Shown: positions 12,051-24,813 of the stretch, piece by piece | Position numbering within the stretch: position 1 is the first letter of the stretch | Layout: each line of letters opens with the position of its first letter | Assembly (NCBI GenBank): GCA_951406725.2 | Contig: OX597823.1 | Span: forward strand, 47,368,001-47,432,000 | Source of the DNA: Octopus vulgaris | Lineage: Eukaryota | Reading direction: 5' to 3' | Length of the DNA: 64,000 bases | Notes under the pieces: model-generated | What the model was told of the DNA's origin: nothing | The model's input: only the letters and a program-made list of their open reading frames with translations | Databases searched by the model: none | Translations under genes and position numbers: made by a program

Positions 12051-14774
12051 TGATATGCATTTATACATATGAAATGTGTGTGTGTGTGTGTATTTACTAA
12101 GAAACCTATAAGAGTAAATCAAAGCTTAGATTCTCAAACTGAGTGAGACCTGCTTATATAGTTTATGAAATGGCAGATTTTAAAATGTTTTTATGATCAT
12201 GATTAGTCATGTGGAAATATGGGTGTATGTATGTATGTATACTGATATGTACTTAACTTGTACAAATGTACATGCACAGCATCATATGAATGCATACATT
12301 TAAGTAAATAAAAATATGTATATACTTTTAGATATGTAAATATAACTATGTATATATATATATATGCATATATCTGTGCATAAGAGTTCTACACACAGTC
12401 AAGGGCACATATCATCATCATCATCGTTTAACTCTGTTTTCCATGCTGGCATAGGTTGGATGGTTCAACTGGTGTCTGGGAAGCCAGGAGGCTGCATCAG
12501 GCTCCAGTCTAATCTGACAGTGTTTCTACAGCTGGATAGCCTTCCTAATGCCAACCACTCTGAGAGTGTAGTGTAATGGGTGCTTTTATTTACGTGCCAC
12601 TGGCACAGGGGCCAGAGGGAGCTGGCATTGACCATGATCAGATGGGGCTTTTTATGTGCCATGAAAATACATATGCGTACATAGACAAACACATATATAA
12701 ATGTATATTGAAGTTTAGTCTGCAAGTGTTTAGTCTAACATTGTGTTAGAAAGGTTTATAGCTGGTTTTTCCCTATTGACTCAAGTTAATTAGGTTGCAA
12801 AGTTATTAGAACAAATGTATATCAGCTTGATGCTACTTCTATCAAGGAATTTGTAGAAATTTGGGAAAGTGCTTGCTTATTAGATTTAAGAAAGATCAGG
12901 TGTTATTCAGGCTGAAGTAGGCTTAACAGTGTGTTACACATTGCTTTTTTTTTTTTTTTTTACCTTTTCAATGATAGTTGTATTCTGTCTAGGTATGTAA
13001 TGCACATTTTCTTTGATTCCCATTTCCCACTTTTTTTAATATCCTTTTCCATGTTTAAAGAATTATTCATTATAAGATCCATTTGCTAATTTTTCTAAAC
13101 TGATTTTTCCAAAATAGCAAGCATATGGTTGGACTATTTCTGAATGTACTGCAGGATCTCATAAGTCTGTCTTTTACCCTTCAAACTGTAGTTACTTGAA
13201 TTTTTCTAAAGAATGATGTCTAAGAAATTAATCCATGCTATCTTAACACCATTTATAATATTTGAATATTTTTCTGAAGTTTTTGCTTAGCTAGTGGCTA
13301 ATTGTTAAGTAGTAGAATTTAATCCATTATCTTTATACTATCCCAGCTCAGGTTGGTTATATCTTATCCAAAGAGTAGTATCTAAGATGAATAAACCCAT
13401 TAAGCCACATATTTTTGTAACATCAAAGCACTCCATGAGTATATCAAGTAACTCACGACTATAATGTCTGATCTTGAATGATTCATGAAGTAAGAGAGCA
13501 TCTTACTGTGCATATCACACCAATGCTCATATCATTATTTGTGGCGAATCTCCTGCCAAACGCTACCACTTTTTTTATTTTTTTTTAATATAAAGAGATT
13601 GATTATTTAAGTGTAAATTTCCCCCATATCAAACTGTAAATATGTAGTTTGTCATTTATGTTATTGAAGCAATTAGTTATCTATGTGCAATTATTCAACA
13701 GTGAGAGGTTAGTGGCTTGCATAATACAAGTGTTAATTGAATCTAATATATTTTTTACTCGTTTTAACCTAACTAGCTTCTAATAGGGTTAATAAGTGTC
13801 ATTTAGAATCTGCCATGAAGTTAGTGATCCTTTAATTTGATATAAGGCTGTCAGAAGCCAAACCATCTACACTTTTTGGGGGAGGTGGCTGAAATATTTG
13901 CTTTTTTGTAAATTAAGTTGTATGTACTTTGGGTTTCTTGTATGTTTTTTGTGATATTACAGGAGAAAAAGTCTTGGTGGGGTTTCAATTTTTTTTGTTT
14001 TTTTAATTTTCTTTTTACTGTTCAAGGAAATGTTTTTTTTTTTTTTTAGTTTCTGAAATGTTTCGTTTCATAACATATTCATACATACATACGAGTGTGG
14101 TTGTGTGCACCAGTCTATATGTATGTATATATAAATATATATATATATATGTTTTTTTTTAATATACCAACTCAAATTTCATATTCAGTGCTCTCTCTCT
14201 TTATGGCGTTAGTTCTTATTAGCATTTCAAAAGATGGCTATATGCCTGGTCCTCTGTCTATACCCCTGACCATAGTTAAGTAGCTTCTTGACGTTGATGA
14301 CTTCCTGGTCCTTATGCTGGTCGCTGGTCTATTAATGTTCCTACGCTTTCCTTATTTGTCTCTACTCTCCTCTCACCAACATTTTTCTCAACTTCTGCCA
14401 ACTAGGCTTTCAATCCCAAAGCAGAACGGATGTATTATTGTAGACCAGAAAAATTTCCACTTAATTTATTTGTTGATCACAGAGTCAGGAAGTGTTGGTG
14501 AAGGAAAAAACTTGAAGTTTTATATCTTTCTTTTTACTTCGGTGCTACCAATGTGTGACTGTTATGTCTTACGTTGGTTCATTTTTTTTTTTATGCGTTC
14601 TGTATTTGTGTGCATTTAGGTATATATGTATGACTGCATATGTGTGTGTGTGAGGTGTGTGTAAGTTAACACATACATGATAGGCAAAATCTCAATTCAT
14701 TTATTTCACCACCTACCTGAATTACATATACGTATACTTACACAACAGAAACACATTCATATTTGTGTATATGT

Positions 14775-14838
<64 letters not shown>

Positions 14839-16421
14839 TATTCTCGAGATGCTTATTCTCTGTGTATTTTCTATGAGTCATAATTTGTTTTCATATTATT
14901 TAGAGATTTCAAAAAAAATTTTTTTAAATAATTTTTCATTCTATCATTAGGTATTTGTTACTAAGTGAAATTTTTTCACCCAGACTTACATACCAAAAAC
15001 ATGAAAACACCTGGCATTAGCATCTTTCATTTTTTTAATGTTTCTTTTTTTTTGCTCATTTTGTATTGGTATCGTCTTGTGTTCTTTTAATCTGGTAATA
15101 ATGTTTACCTGTTTGTGAACAGGTCTTTGTTTTTGTTTTTTTGGCTATTATTTGTCAAATATTCCTTGTGGATTTTTTGTACTGATGTCCTCTGGGATTG
15201 GCATAATAGTGCATTTTAAACTAGTGTGTGCAAAACATACAAACACACACAAACTTATGTATGTCCTAGGAGGCTCATTAGTATGCATTATGTTGGTTTA
15301 ATGATGTTATTTAAGTTTATTTCACCAGTATCCTTTGAGGTTGGTTTATCTGTGTCACCTGTGGTTTCATTGCCAGGATTCTCTGATATGATTTAGCTGT
15401 GTTCTCCAAGATATCACCCCAATTATTCTTATACTGGTGACATCCTCAAACAATGCTAAATGTATTGTTTTTGTCTTTATATTTGTTACCACTTAGTCAG
15501 TCTATGAAAGCATGCTGTATGGTTATGCACTTACTAAAATATATTCCAGTATTTGTAAAAAAAAAAAAAAAAAATTAGACAACATACCATTTCTAATTCA
15601 TACTTAAATCACTGTAGGTAGAAAGAATATTGCTTCACATTTTGAGGAGAGGGGCAAGTTGATATATCAACTCCAGTGGTCAACTAATTTCTTTTTTATC
15701 AACCCTGGAAGACCAGAAGGTAAAAATTGACTTTGGCAGAGTTTGAACTCAAGAACTTAAAGATCTGGAAGAACTGCTGTTAAGCATTTTGTCTGGTGAT
15801 CTAATGATTCTGTCAGCTTGCTGCCTTAGGAAAAATAGAATTTGATATAGATATCTGGTATGCTGGTGCCACATAAAAATCACCCAGTATACTCTGTAAA
15901 GTGGTTGGCATTAGGAAGGGCACCTAGCCATAGAAACCTTGTCAAATCAGACAATTGGAGCCTGGTGCAGCTTTCTGGCTTTCCAGCTCCTGTCAGTGTC
16001 CAACCAATGCCAGCATAGATGACAGATGTTAAATCATGATGGTGATGATATCAAAACTGAAATAACCATCTTCATATATATATATAAACTGACATCCATT
16101 AATATGTGACTAAAAATTACTTTTAATGGAAGTACCCCAGTATGGCCTCAGTTAACTGCTTAAAACAGGTAAACTATTCAGCATTCACATGTCTGTATGT
16201 TACAAATTTCTTTCTGATTGTTATCTCCTTGCTCTTTTTAAATGCTGATAGAATCTGTTGCCATGTAGTTTTTGATATGATGTGTTAGAATATAAATTTT
16301 TTGACATTTTTTTTTCTCTTGCATACACAGTTTAACAAACTTTGTTTCATTGCATATTTTTCGTAAAAAAAAATATCTATGAATATAGTGATGTTGATGC
16401 TTCATATTGACACACCACAAG

Positions 16422-17127
16422 CAGGACCATCTTAAGGTATGGGCACACTGGGCAGGTGCCTGGTGGTCCCAAGGATCTTAGGGGCTCATTCTCATCTGCA
16501 GCTTTCAGTCAATAAATAAATACTGTAGGGCACAGTGCATCGATTTGCCCAAGGATCTCACTGGTCTAGGGGCCCAGTTTTAATCTACATATACTGTGAT
16601 TTGCTGTGTCGATAAATAAGTACTTTAGAGGCATGTCAAGGTGCATGGCTCAGTGGTTTGAGTGTTGGGCTCACAATCATGAGGCTGTGAGTTCGATTCC
16701 CGGACCAGGCTATGTGTTGTGTTCTTGAGCAAGACACTTTATTTTACGTTGCTCCAGTTCACTCAGCAGTAGAAATGCATTGAGGCATCACTGGTGCCAA
16801 GCTGTATCAGCCTTTGCCTTTCCTTTGGATAACACCAGTGGTGTGGAGAGGGGAGGCTGGTATGCATGGGCGGCTGCTGGTTGCCCATAAACAAATTTGC
16901 TGGGACTTGTGCTTTGGTGGTACAATTCCATGGTCATTCATGACCAAAGGGCATTTTTACCCTTTTTTAGGTGGGGTGGGGAGCAGTGCATTGATTTGCC
17001 CAGGAGTCGTGGTTTAGAGGCCCAATTCTGACCTATGTATGCTGCAGTTTGCAGTTAATAAATAAATGCTAAAAGACTCAGGATAGTCATTTGCCCAGGG
17101 GCCTATAAGACTCTTAAGACAACCCTG
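16422..17127. mobile_element. hAT-like non-autonomous element with internal repeats and a nested SINE
   Basis: Imperfect TIRs CAGGACCATCTTAAG / CTTAAGACAACCCTG; degenerate 8-bp flanks ACCACAAG / ACCATGGG; internal repeated AATAAATAA...GATTTGCCCA units. Confidence 0.55.
16640..16962 (+). mobile_element. tRNA-derived SINE, family C
   Basis: A box TGGCTCAGTGG, B box GAGTTCGATTCC, core TGTGTTCTTGAGCAAGACAC. Near-full paralogue at 59318-59640. Confidence 0.85.
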
Positions 17128-17202
17128 ACCATGGGTAACAAATGTTTTAGCATGTGACATCCTGCTGGTGACAATTTTCTGTATCATCTTTGCTATCATA
17201 TA

Positions 17203-17255
<53 letters not shown>

Positions 17256-17319
17256 AAAAATTCTAATGGTGACAGTGTTGGAGTTCTTGTAAAATGAAGA
17301 TTGTTGCTTGTTCTCATTT

Positions 17320-17835
17320 TAATGTTGACACTGTCGGTGTTCACATTGTAATGTTGATACTGAAGTTTGTTTTTCTGTTTGCATTTCCCTTGTGATGTTG
17401 ATATTGTTGTGTACACATTGTGATGTTGACACTTTTGATGATTCATTTGTAATACCGCAGTTAATGTTTCCATTATAATGTTGACACACTGTTGCGTTCA
17501 CATTATACTGTTGACACTGTTGTGTTCACAACATAATATTGCCTCTCTTGGTGTTCACATTCTAATGTTGACACTTGTGTTCTCACTATTATGTTGACAC
17601 TGTTGTGTTCACATAATGTTGACACTGTTGTGTTCACACTATACTGTTGACATTGTTGTGTTCATATAATGTTGACGCTGTTGTGTTCACACTATACTGT
17701 TGACATTGTTGTGTTCATATAATGTTGACGCTGTTGTGTTCACACTATACTGTTGACATTGTTGTGTTCACATAATGTTCACACTGTTGTGTTCGCATTA
17801 TAGTGCTGACATTGGTGTTAACATTCAAATGTTGG
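17320..17835 (+). repeat. Minisatellite, ~25-27 bp unit (ATAATGTTGACACTGTTGTGTTCAC[AC])
   Basis: Direct tandem copies visible, most homogeneous at 17590-17790. Confidence 0.9.
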
Positions 17836-18197
17836 CATTTATTGCTTGTGTTCTAACACTGATGTTTAACATACAATTGGTGTTCTCCTTCTAATGATGC
17901 TTGTTGTTGTATTAGTTGTTCTCTGTTAACATCTACTATTGACACCAGCTGTTATCGTTTTGCTAAATGCACTCTCTTATTGTTGTTCTCTGTATTTGTT
18001 GATTATATCCTATTAACATCTATTGCACTTTACAAACACTGATTATTAGATTTCTGTGTTGCTATTTATATCATACAATCATTCCTTCCTGCTATACTAT
18101 TAACGTGTTGGCTATAAACTATGTTTATGCTGTGAATGAATTGCACCAATTGCTTTGACCATCTCACTACTACAGCTGTGATGTGTGTATGTATATA

Positions 18198-18243
<46 letters not shown>

Positions 18244-20618
18244 CATATATGACCAAAGGGCATTTTTGTATATATATATAGATATACACACACACACATT
18301 TTATATGCGTGCTTATATGCTGCTATATTTGTGTTTATGCACTATGTGTTTATGTTCTCACAAATGTATTGTGTGTCAGTCATATGACTGCATATGCATT
18401 TCAGTGCACCCGTCATTTATTGCAGATGTATGTCTGTGTGTCAGGCATGCTGGTGTTTGCTGTTGTGGCTGCACATTGCTCTCTTAAAAACTCCACGTAT
18501 CTAAGTTTGTGTGTGTGTGTGTGTTGGTATGTTTCTTGCAGTTTCATATTTGCATATATGCATTGCAGTTTCCCTGTGTGCCAGTCATGTGCTGCGATCT
18601 TCTATTTAACCACTAGCCATGCTGTAATTTTAAAACTGGAAAGTTCTATGTGATACATCTCTCTCTATATATATATATAAAGCTGAAGTTGTCTGTGTAT
18701 GGCAGGTTTGGTAGCCTTCAACTAACACTATCTCCTCCGAGACCCTGCGGCGCAAGTTGACCAAACTTGAAAGTATGATAGAAGAAAGCTTGCTCTTCCT
18801 TCTGTAGAAGAAAAAATTCAAATCGGACCATGTTAAGACCAAAAATTATTTACATCAAAAAGGTGCTTTTCTTCTATGAAAATCCCTATTTTTTACGATT
18901 TTTTTGAGTGCTGTGTCACCACTTTTCAGTGTATTTCAACCAGAAAAATGTTCGCTTAAATAGAATAACAAGCTACATAATCTAAAGTTTTTACTTTTCA
19001 AAAATTCCAATTCTAACGGGTCGAAGCAATGCTGAGCGATACTGCTAGTTATGGGTAAAACCAACATGATATTTGCCAGTCGCAACCCTTTTGAATGTAC
19101 ATGTAGTACCAATACCTCTAGGTACCAATGATTTATAACAACCTCCAAGAATGATGCCGTTGAGCCAGCTGATCTTGGCTAGGATCCAGTAAAACTAAGG
19201 TGTCTGAGAACTTGAGATATTGAATGTTGTTTGCTCAGTGTTATGGACATTATTGAGGATGTTGTTGTTGTTGTCGTTGCTGTTATGTCACCGGATATGG
19301 CAGTAGGTAGATGGGTTAATCGAGTCTTATTTGGTAGTTTGATGAAGAGATGATGTCTTAAGTTGGTTGTAGTCGATGATATGAATAAGTGAAGTGTTAC
19401 CTTCTGGTAGAGGACCATACTCCACACCCAGCTATGGCAGTGTCTGGTTGTGAGGTGAAGGATGTTATACAATGATAATAATGGATCGTTACTTGAGCAG
19501 CTGGTAGGTATATTTGTATATATATATATATATATGTATGTTTGTGGTGAGGATAAAGATATGATTATAGGTAGATATGAATAATAGTTTGGTGAAGTTC
19601 TATAAGTTTATAGTAAGGGATATGCCAAGGATACTGAGGAATGACGTAATTTCCAAGTGATTCATGGCACGCTGAAGTATATCTGGAGATAATGAAGGTT
19701 AAGAACATATAGAATGATAAAATAGATAGGAGAAAAAATATAGACAATTTAGACAAAGTTTAAATATAATGACGTTAGTAAAAATTAAATTCTTGTGTTT
19801 CCAGTTTTATAAGTAACTCTATACTGAATGAACACCTAATAGGCATCATATATTTCTCAGTATCCATCATTGAAACATTATTTAATTTCTATGTTTTCCT
19901 TAATCAAAACAGTTAGTATTATAGAATTTATAGAAAGTTACTGATTGTCAGAATGTACTGAGAATGTATTCTATAATTTACTAAAAAAATTACAGAGCCT
20001 TACATACACACACATACACACACGTTACCGTTATTGTTTAGAACATGAACATTACATTGTACTGTGTATGTGTGATTCTGAGTTTAGCACTGAAGACAAC
20101 TAAACTAGTTTTGATTTAATTTGGCGCTTCACCATCAGACCATTCTCTTCCTGTTCTGGCCTTCTCTGTTGCCTTATAAGTGCAAAGAAATAATTTAATG
20201 TCTTAGCCAGGACACAGCTGAGTGCCAATGTTGTTATAGAGACTAAAGATACTTCACACCATCCGCTCAACTATGGCAACTGATATCAAAATTAAATGAA
20301 AATATGTTTACATCTTCTATATATATATTTATATATTTTTGTGTGTAGTAGGATTTTTATTTTACTGAGGAAGAAATGACTGAATGCCCTTACAGTGAGT
20401 CATTGACAACTGAAAAAAATTAGGACTTTAGCCAACTGACTAAGTGGTCGCTGGATGGTATAATTTTATTAGTATCACTCTATCTCTGAAGTTAACTCAG
20501 TCCATCCACCTGAGAATATGTGCCATAGGTAGACACAGTTTACCACTGTCGGTAGTAGGAGTTTTATAAATCTCTCACTAACTTGTGTTACATTACAACA
20601 GTCTCAAACTTATGAACT

Positions 20619-20847
20619 TTAACCCTTTAGCATTCAGATTATTCTGTTAAAGGTAATGCCTCTTCATTCACATTGTTTTGAATTAATCAGGCATTATCTT
20701 GTGACTTCAAGATTTCATTGATGTGACTGCTTAATTTTACAATGACATACCAGGATAGGTATGAGGGGCCAGATATGGGTGGTTTGAGCATAAAATGATG
20801 CGGAATATTTTGGTCGGATATTGCCAGTTTAAATGCTAAAGTGTTAA
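20619..20847. mobile_element. piggyBac-like MITE
   Basis: TTAACCCTTTAGCATT...AATGCTAAAGTGTTAA termini; same family as 1422-1648. Confidence 0.75.
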
Positions 20848-23800
20848 ATGGAAACTGTCGACATTATAAAAAGGAAATGCTGTAGAATAGTCTACAAAAA
20901 GCTAAGTTTACGGCCCAGCTTCATTTCCTAGTAGTAGCCATTTCCCCTGACAACACTAATGCTCTTCAAAGGACATGCGTATCACATTGCCTCTTGTGGC
21001 TTCCTGGAGAAAGCTTCAGTATGTCTTCCCATTATTTACCATATGACACAGTTTACCATCTCAAACTACATATACTGATCTTCTGTATTATTTTTGTCTT
21101 TAACACATTATTAAAATCTGACAAATTACTATGAAAATTCCTGCTCTTCACAATCCGATGTTGTCTGATGACTCTGTCACCCACTTGCTTAACTTTAAGT
21201 AGATTATTCATCTTCCAGTCAGAAGTTTCGTTCTAATCAACGTTGATTTAATCTTTCTTCTTCCTAGCATTACAAGGATAACAGTCCATTGCTACTTAGG
21301 GCCTGTTTGATAAGAATTTAATACTACTTAGGGCTCATATAAAACTAATCACTTAATACTTAAGGCTTATATAAAAAGTTCATTGTTTTCTATAAAAATT
21401 CTATATTCTTTTAATCGTAGAATTTGACACAGAATTTATTATTTAACAGTTCTAAGACCTTTGAGTAGTAGAAATAGAATATCTGGTTAAATCTCTTGCA
21501 GTATTTAATAACATTGCTTCACATTCTGGTTTCAAGTCCTGTTGAGGTCAGCTTTGCCTTTCACCTAGTTGGTAAAAGGGTACTTTCTGTCTATCTTCTT
21601 TCTTGCATTATACAATACTTTTTCTTACTTTTTCTTTAAATAGTTGTTTCTGAAAAGCTAGTTGAAAGAAAAAGCAGAATATTGTAGATATTGACACTTT
21701 CTGAAGTTACTTCATTTTGAGTTTGAGTTTGTAATCTTAATGTCTTGGCTGTATTTTTCAATTTTCTGTTTGCTAGTATCTCCATCATGGAATGTATCTG
21801 GTTCTTAGTCTGTATTTAGTAAAATACACTCAAGCAAAGTTACTTTGCCTTTCTGGATTTGACATTTAGGACATATTCTTGCAATTAAACTGATTCCCTT
21901 TGTTGAACTCATCAACCATCCAAATCCATCAAAATAAAGAAAAAGGTGAAAAAAGAAAAAAGAAAAAAAAGAAAAAGAACAGAAGCAAGAATATAGGATG
22001 GGAGTGTCATGGATGGCAGGGACTCAACAAAACCACTCACACACAGATATTCTTTTTTTTAATTGATTGTTGATTCTTACAAGTTGTTCCAGTTAACAAT
22101 TCTACTCTTTCTATATCCAAGAGGCAGTTGCCAAAAATCGAGAGAACCATAATGGTTTGCTCCAGGCATTGCATTGCATCGTTTGGAGGAGAAAAGAGAC
22201 AGCTTTACCTTTCTACTAGTTATTGTCTCTGATAATTGTGAAGTCAATGACTCTGTATCCTGTTTGTAAGACTAGACAGATACTCCTGCGAGTCGACTCG
22301 CTCTCAAAGGAATACCAAAGAACCATTGATTCTTCAGTATATTTGTTTTTGTTTTTTTTTCTTTTCTTTTTTTTTTTTTTTGTTCTTTGTCATAATTATT
22401 GATTATCTGCATGTCTTTTTCTTCCTTAGTGCTAGCTACATAGTGCCTGTTCTCTTATTTTCTATGGATTCCTTGTTGCTAACCAGTACTATAGAGATTT
22501 ATATTTTTCTCCTCCTTACATAGGCACTAGTTAGCTTTCTTTATACACGGACAAGTACACATTTATTAAAGTATTGCTACTCTAGACTTAGTGACCTATA
22601 CTGCTGGTGCAATCTAAATCACTATTGATTAATTTTTTTTCTTTATGGATTAATCTATCTAACTGCTGTTTATGCAGCCCTTTACAGCACAACTACTAAA
22701 GATTGTTGTCATTGATGACGACGATGACGATGATGATGATAATGATTGAACATGTTGCTTCTGCTGCAGGCATTTTGTTTCTAAACTTCAACTACATTTT
22801 ACTGCATCGCACTATTTCCTTTGTAATCGAGATATCTTTTGTTTTAACAATAATAAATAGTTATAATAATAATAATAATAATAATAATATAGTTATGGTT
22901 TGTTGTTGCCATTGTGGGCTGTGGCACATTCTATGTTATCATATGGCTGTTGCCTAGACATTAGGGTAAATATGCTGGCTGGTGTAACTTTTGGAATATA
23001 TATATATATATTGTGTGTGTGTGTGTGTGTGTATACTGCATTGTGTGTATGTAATAATTCATATGTATGAAGTGATTTTGTTCATATGAAAGGATTGGCC
23101 CAAAACTGGTTGAGGTCCCCTTGGAATTGAAGGGTTTTCTTTTAAGCGTGGCTGTTGTTTTTTTTAAGTCCCTACTTAACAAAAGACAACATGCATTTCT
23201 TGTGAGTTCTGGTCTATATTTGTAAGAATAGAAGCATTTATTATCAAGCTACGCTGCCTTTAGCGTTAAGCACTTGGAACCCATTTCTTCTCGCCAAATA
23301 TTTCACTGGTAAACGAGAGACGTCTTATTTAATCTGTTAAATAGGAAAAATATTATTATTTATTCGTATAAAATAGTTATCAATATATGCAATCCGTTTA
23401 TGTTACTGGTCTTTAAAGTAAGTTTTGAAATAGCAGCCAGTTCTACCCCATGTAGAAACTGAAATTATTTCAATTTCCACATGGACTATTAAAGTGTAAT
23501 ATAATTCTGAAATCATCAACCAAAAATACATATATATGTTAATTGTTTATAACTTAAAAACACATAAAACTCTCTCTTGCCCTCTGTCTTGTCCCCTCCC
23601 TCTCTGTCTCTCTCCTGCTGTTCTTTCTTCCTCTCTCCCTCCCCTCGTGTCTTATGAGTAATTGGTTAAGAATAAAATAACAAACATTTGTGAACATATA
23701 TTTGCATATCTCTTACATAGTTTTGTAGTAACATATTACAAAATAATATTATTATTGGTTTAGTTTTCTTAAATGGATTTGATATACTATTATAACAATT

Positions 23801-23942
23801 TTATTTTAGTTTCCATCCACTTTCATGTTTAATGTTGACTGGTTTGTGTGTGTGTATGTATGTGTGTGTGTGTGTTAGAAGAAATTGAAAATGCACTCGA
23901 TGTCTTCAAAAGTTGAGTAAGATGTAAGGACTTGGAGCTATG

Positions 23943-24244
23943 TGGAGGCACATGGCCTAGTGGTTAGAGCAGCGGACTCACGGTCGAGGGATCACAGGTT
24001 CGAATCTCAGACTGGGCGATGTGTGTGTTTATGAGTGAAACACCTAAGCTCCACGCGGCTCCAACAGAAGATAATGGCGAACTTCTGCTGACTCTTTCAC
24101 CACAACTTTCTCTCACTCTTTCCTCCTGCATCTTGCAACTCACCTGCGACGGACTGGCGTCCCGTCCAGGTGGGGAACCTATACGCCAAGGAAACTGGGA
24201 AACCGGCCCTCATGAGCCAGGCGTGGCTCGAGAAGGAACAAACA
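23943..24244 (+). mobile_element. tRNA-derived SINE with target-site duplication
   Basis: A box TGGCCTAGTGG, B box GGTTCGAATC, AACAAACA tail. 13-bp TSD ACTTGGAGCTATG (23930-23942) / ACTCGGAGCTATG (24245-24257). Its tail is shared with 50388-50612. Confidence 0.9.
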
Positions 24245-24779
24245 ACTCGGAGCTATGCTTGTATTTGTCTTAACTTTCCGACTGGAATTTGAAAATTAGC
24301 TCCTTTTTATGGAGCTAATTCAAATTGCCATCATTTGAAGCAGAGTTTCGTTGGTTGAAGCTGGTCATGAGGTCAGTGGGTTGTGTGATTGAATGATAGT
24401 TGCATTAGCTTCAGATCTGTCCTTCTTAACTTATGTTTGAAAGTCATGAAATTGTGCAAACTGTTATGTAAATGTATATAAATCTTTTTAAAGACTGCAA
24501 GTACATTTTAAACGTCCTTTCTTTATATTTCTACTTGTGTGAAAACCTCCACCCAACTTATTTTCTTCTGTGTGTATGTATGTGTGTGTGTGTGTGTGCA
24601 TATTGTTGTGTACAAATACATATGTATGCTTACGTTTGTTTCATTGTGTATGTTTGTGTGTGTATATCTATACATATGTATGTATATATTTGTTTGTGTG
24701 TATGTATATTATGTGTGTATGGGTGCAGGTGTGTTTATATATGTGCATGTCTATGTATTGAAATTAACCAATGCTTTCA

Positions 24780-24813
<34 letters not shown>

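Larger units (their letters stand above)
172..15530 (+). other. 5' arm of giant long-range RNA hairpin 1 (unique islands interrupted by repeats)
   Basis: Successive unique islands pair antiparallel and collinearly with 18550-25610. Examples: 646-656:25374-25384, 2281-2290:24456-24465 (perfect 10 bp), 9071-9080:22062-22071 (perfect 10 bp), 10571-10581:21158-21168 (perfect 11 bp), 14247-14258:19406-19417. Aligned by eye with G.U allowed. Confidence 0.75.

Noticed and set aside
14095-14619. Two same-frame + ORFs separated by one TAG (editable to TGG)
   Set aside because: The frame starts in a microsatellite, the translation is low-complexity and hydrophobic with no domain, and the region is the 5' duplex arm.
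17320-17835. CRISPR-like regular repeat
   Set aside because: Head-to-tail units without unique spacers, in eukaryotic DNA; a minisatellite.
18630-19472. Three minus-strand ORFs in the same frame separated by few stops (possible readthrough or edited stops)
   Set aside because: No protein motif. The composition follows from the G/T-rich duplex arm, and the evidence favours + strand transcription.
19330-21070. Alternative pairing of 19334-19505 with 20915-21069 (GTAGTTTGA:TCAAACTAC plus short helices)
   Set aside because: Much weaker than the 14165-14577 partner for the 19 kb block and the 10445-10700 partner for the 21 kb block, and incompatible with the nested order.
23943-24020. tRNA gene
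   Set aside because: The A/B boxes continue into a SINE body with a tail and TSD; no complete cloverleaf is supported.
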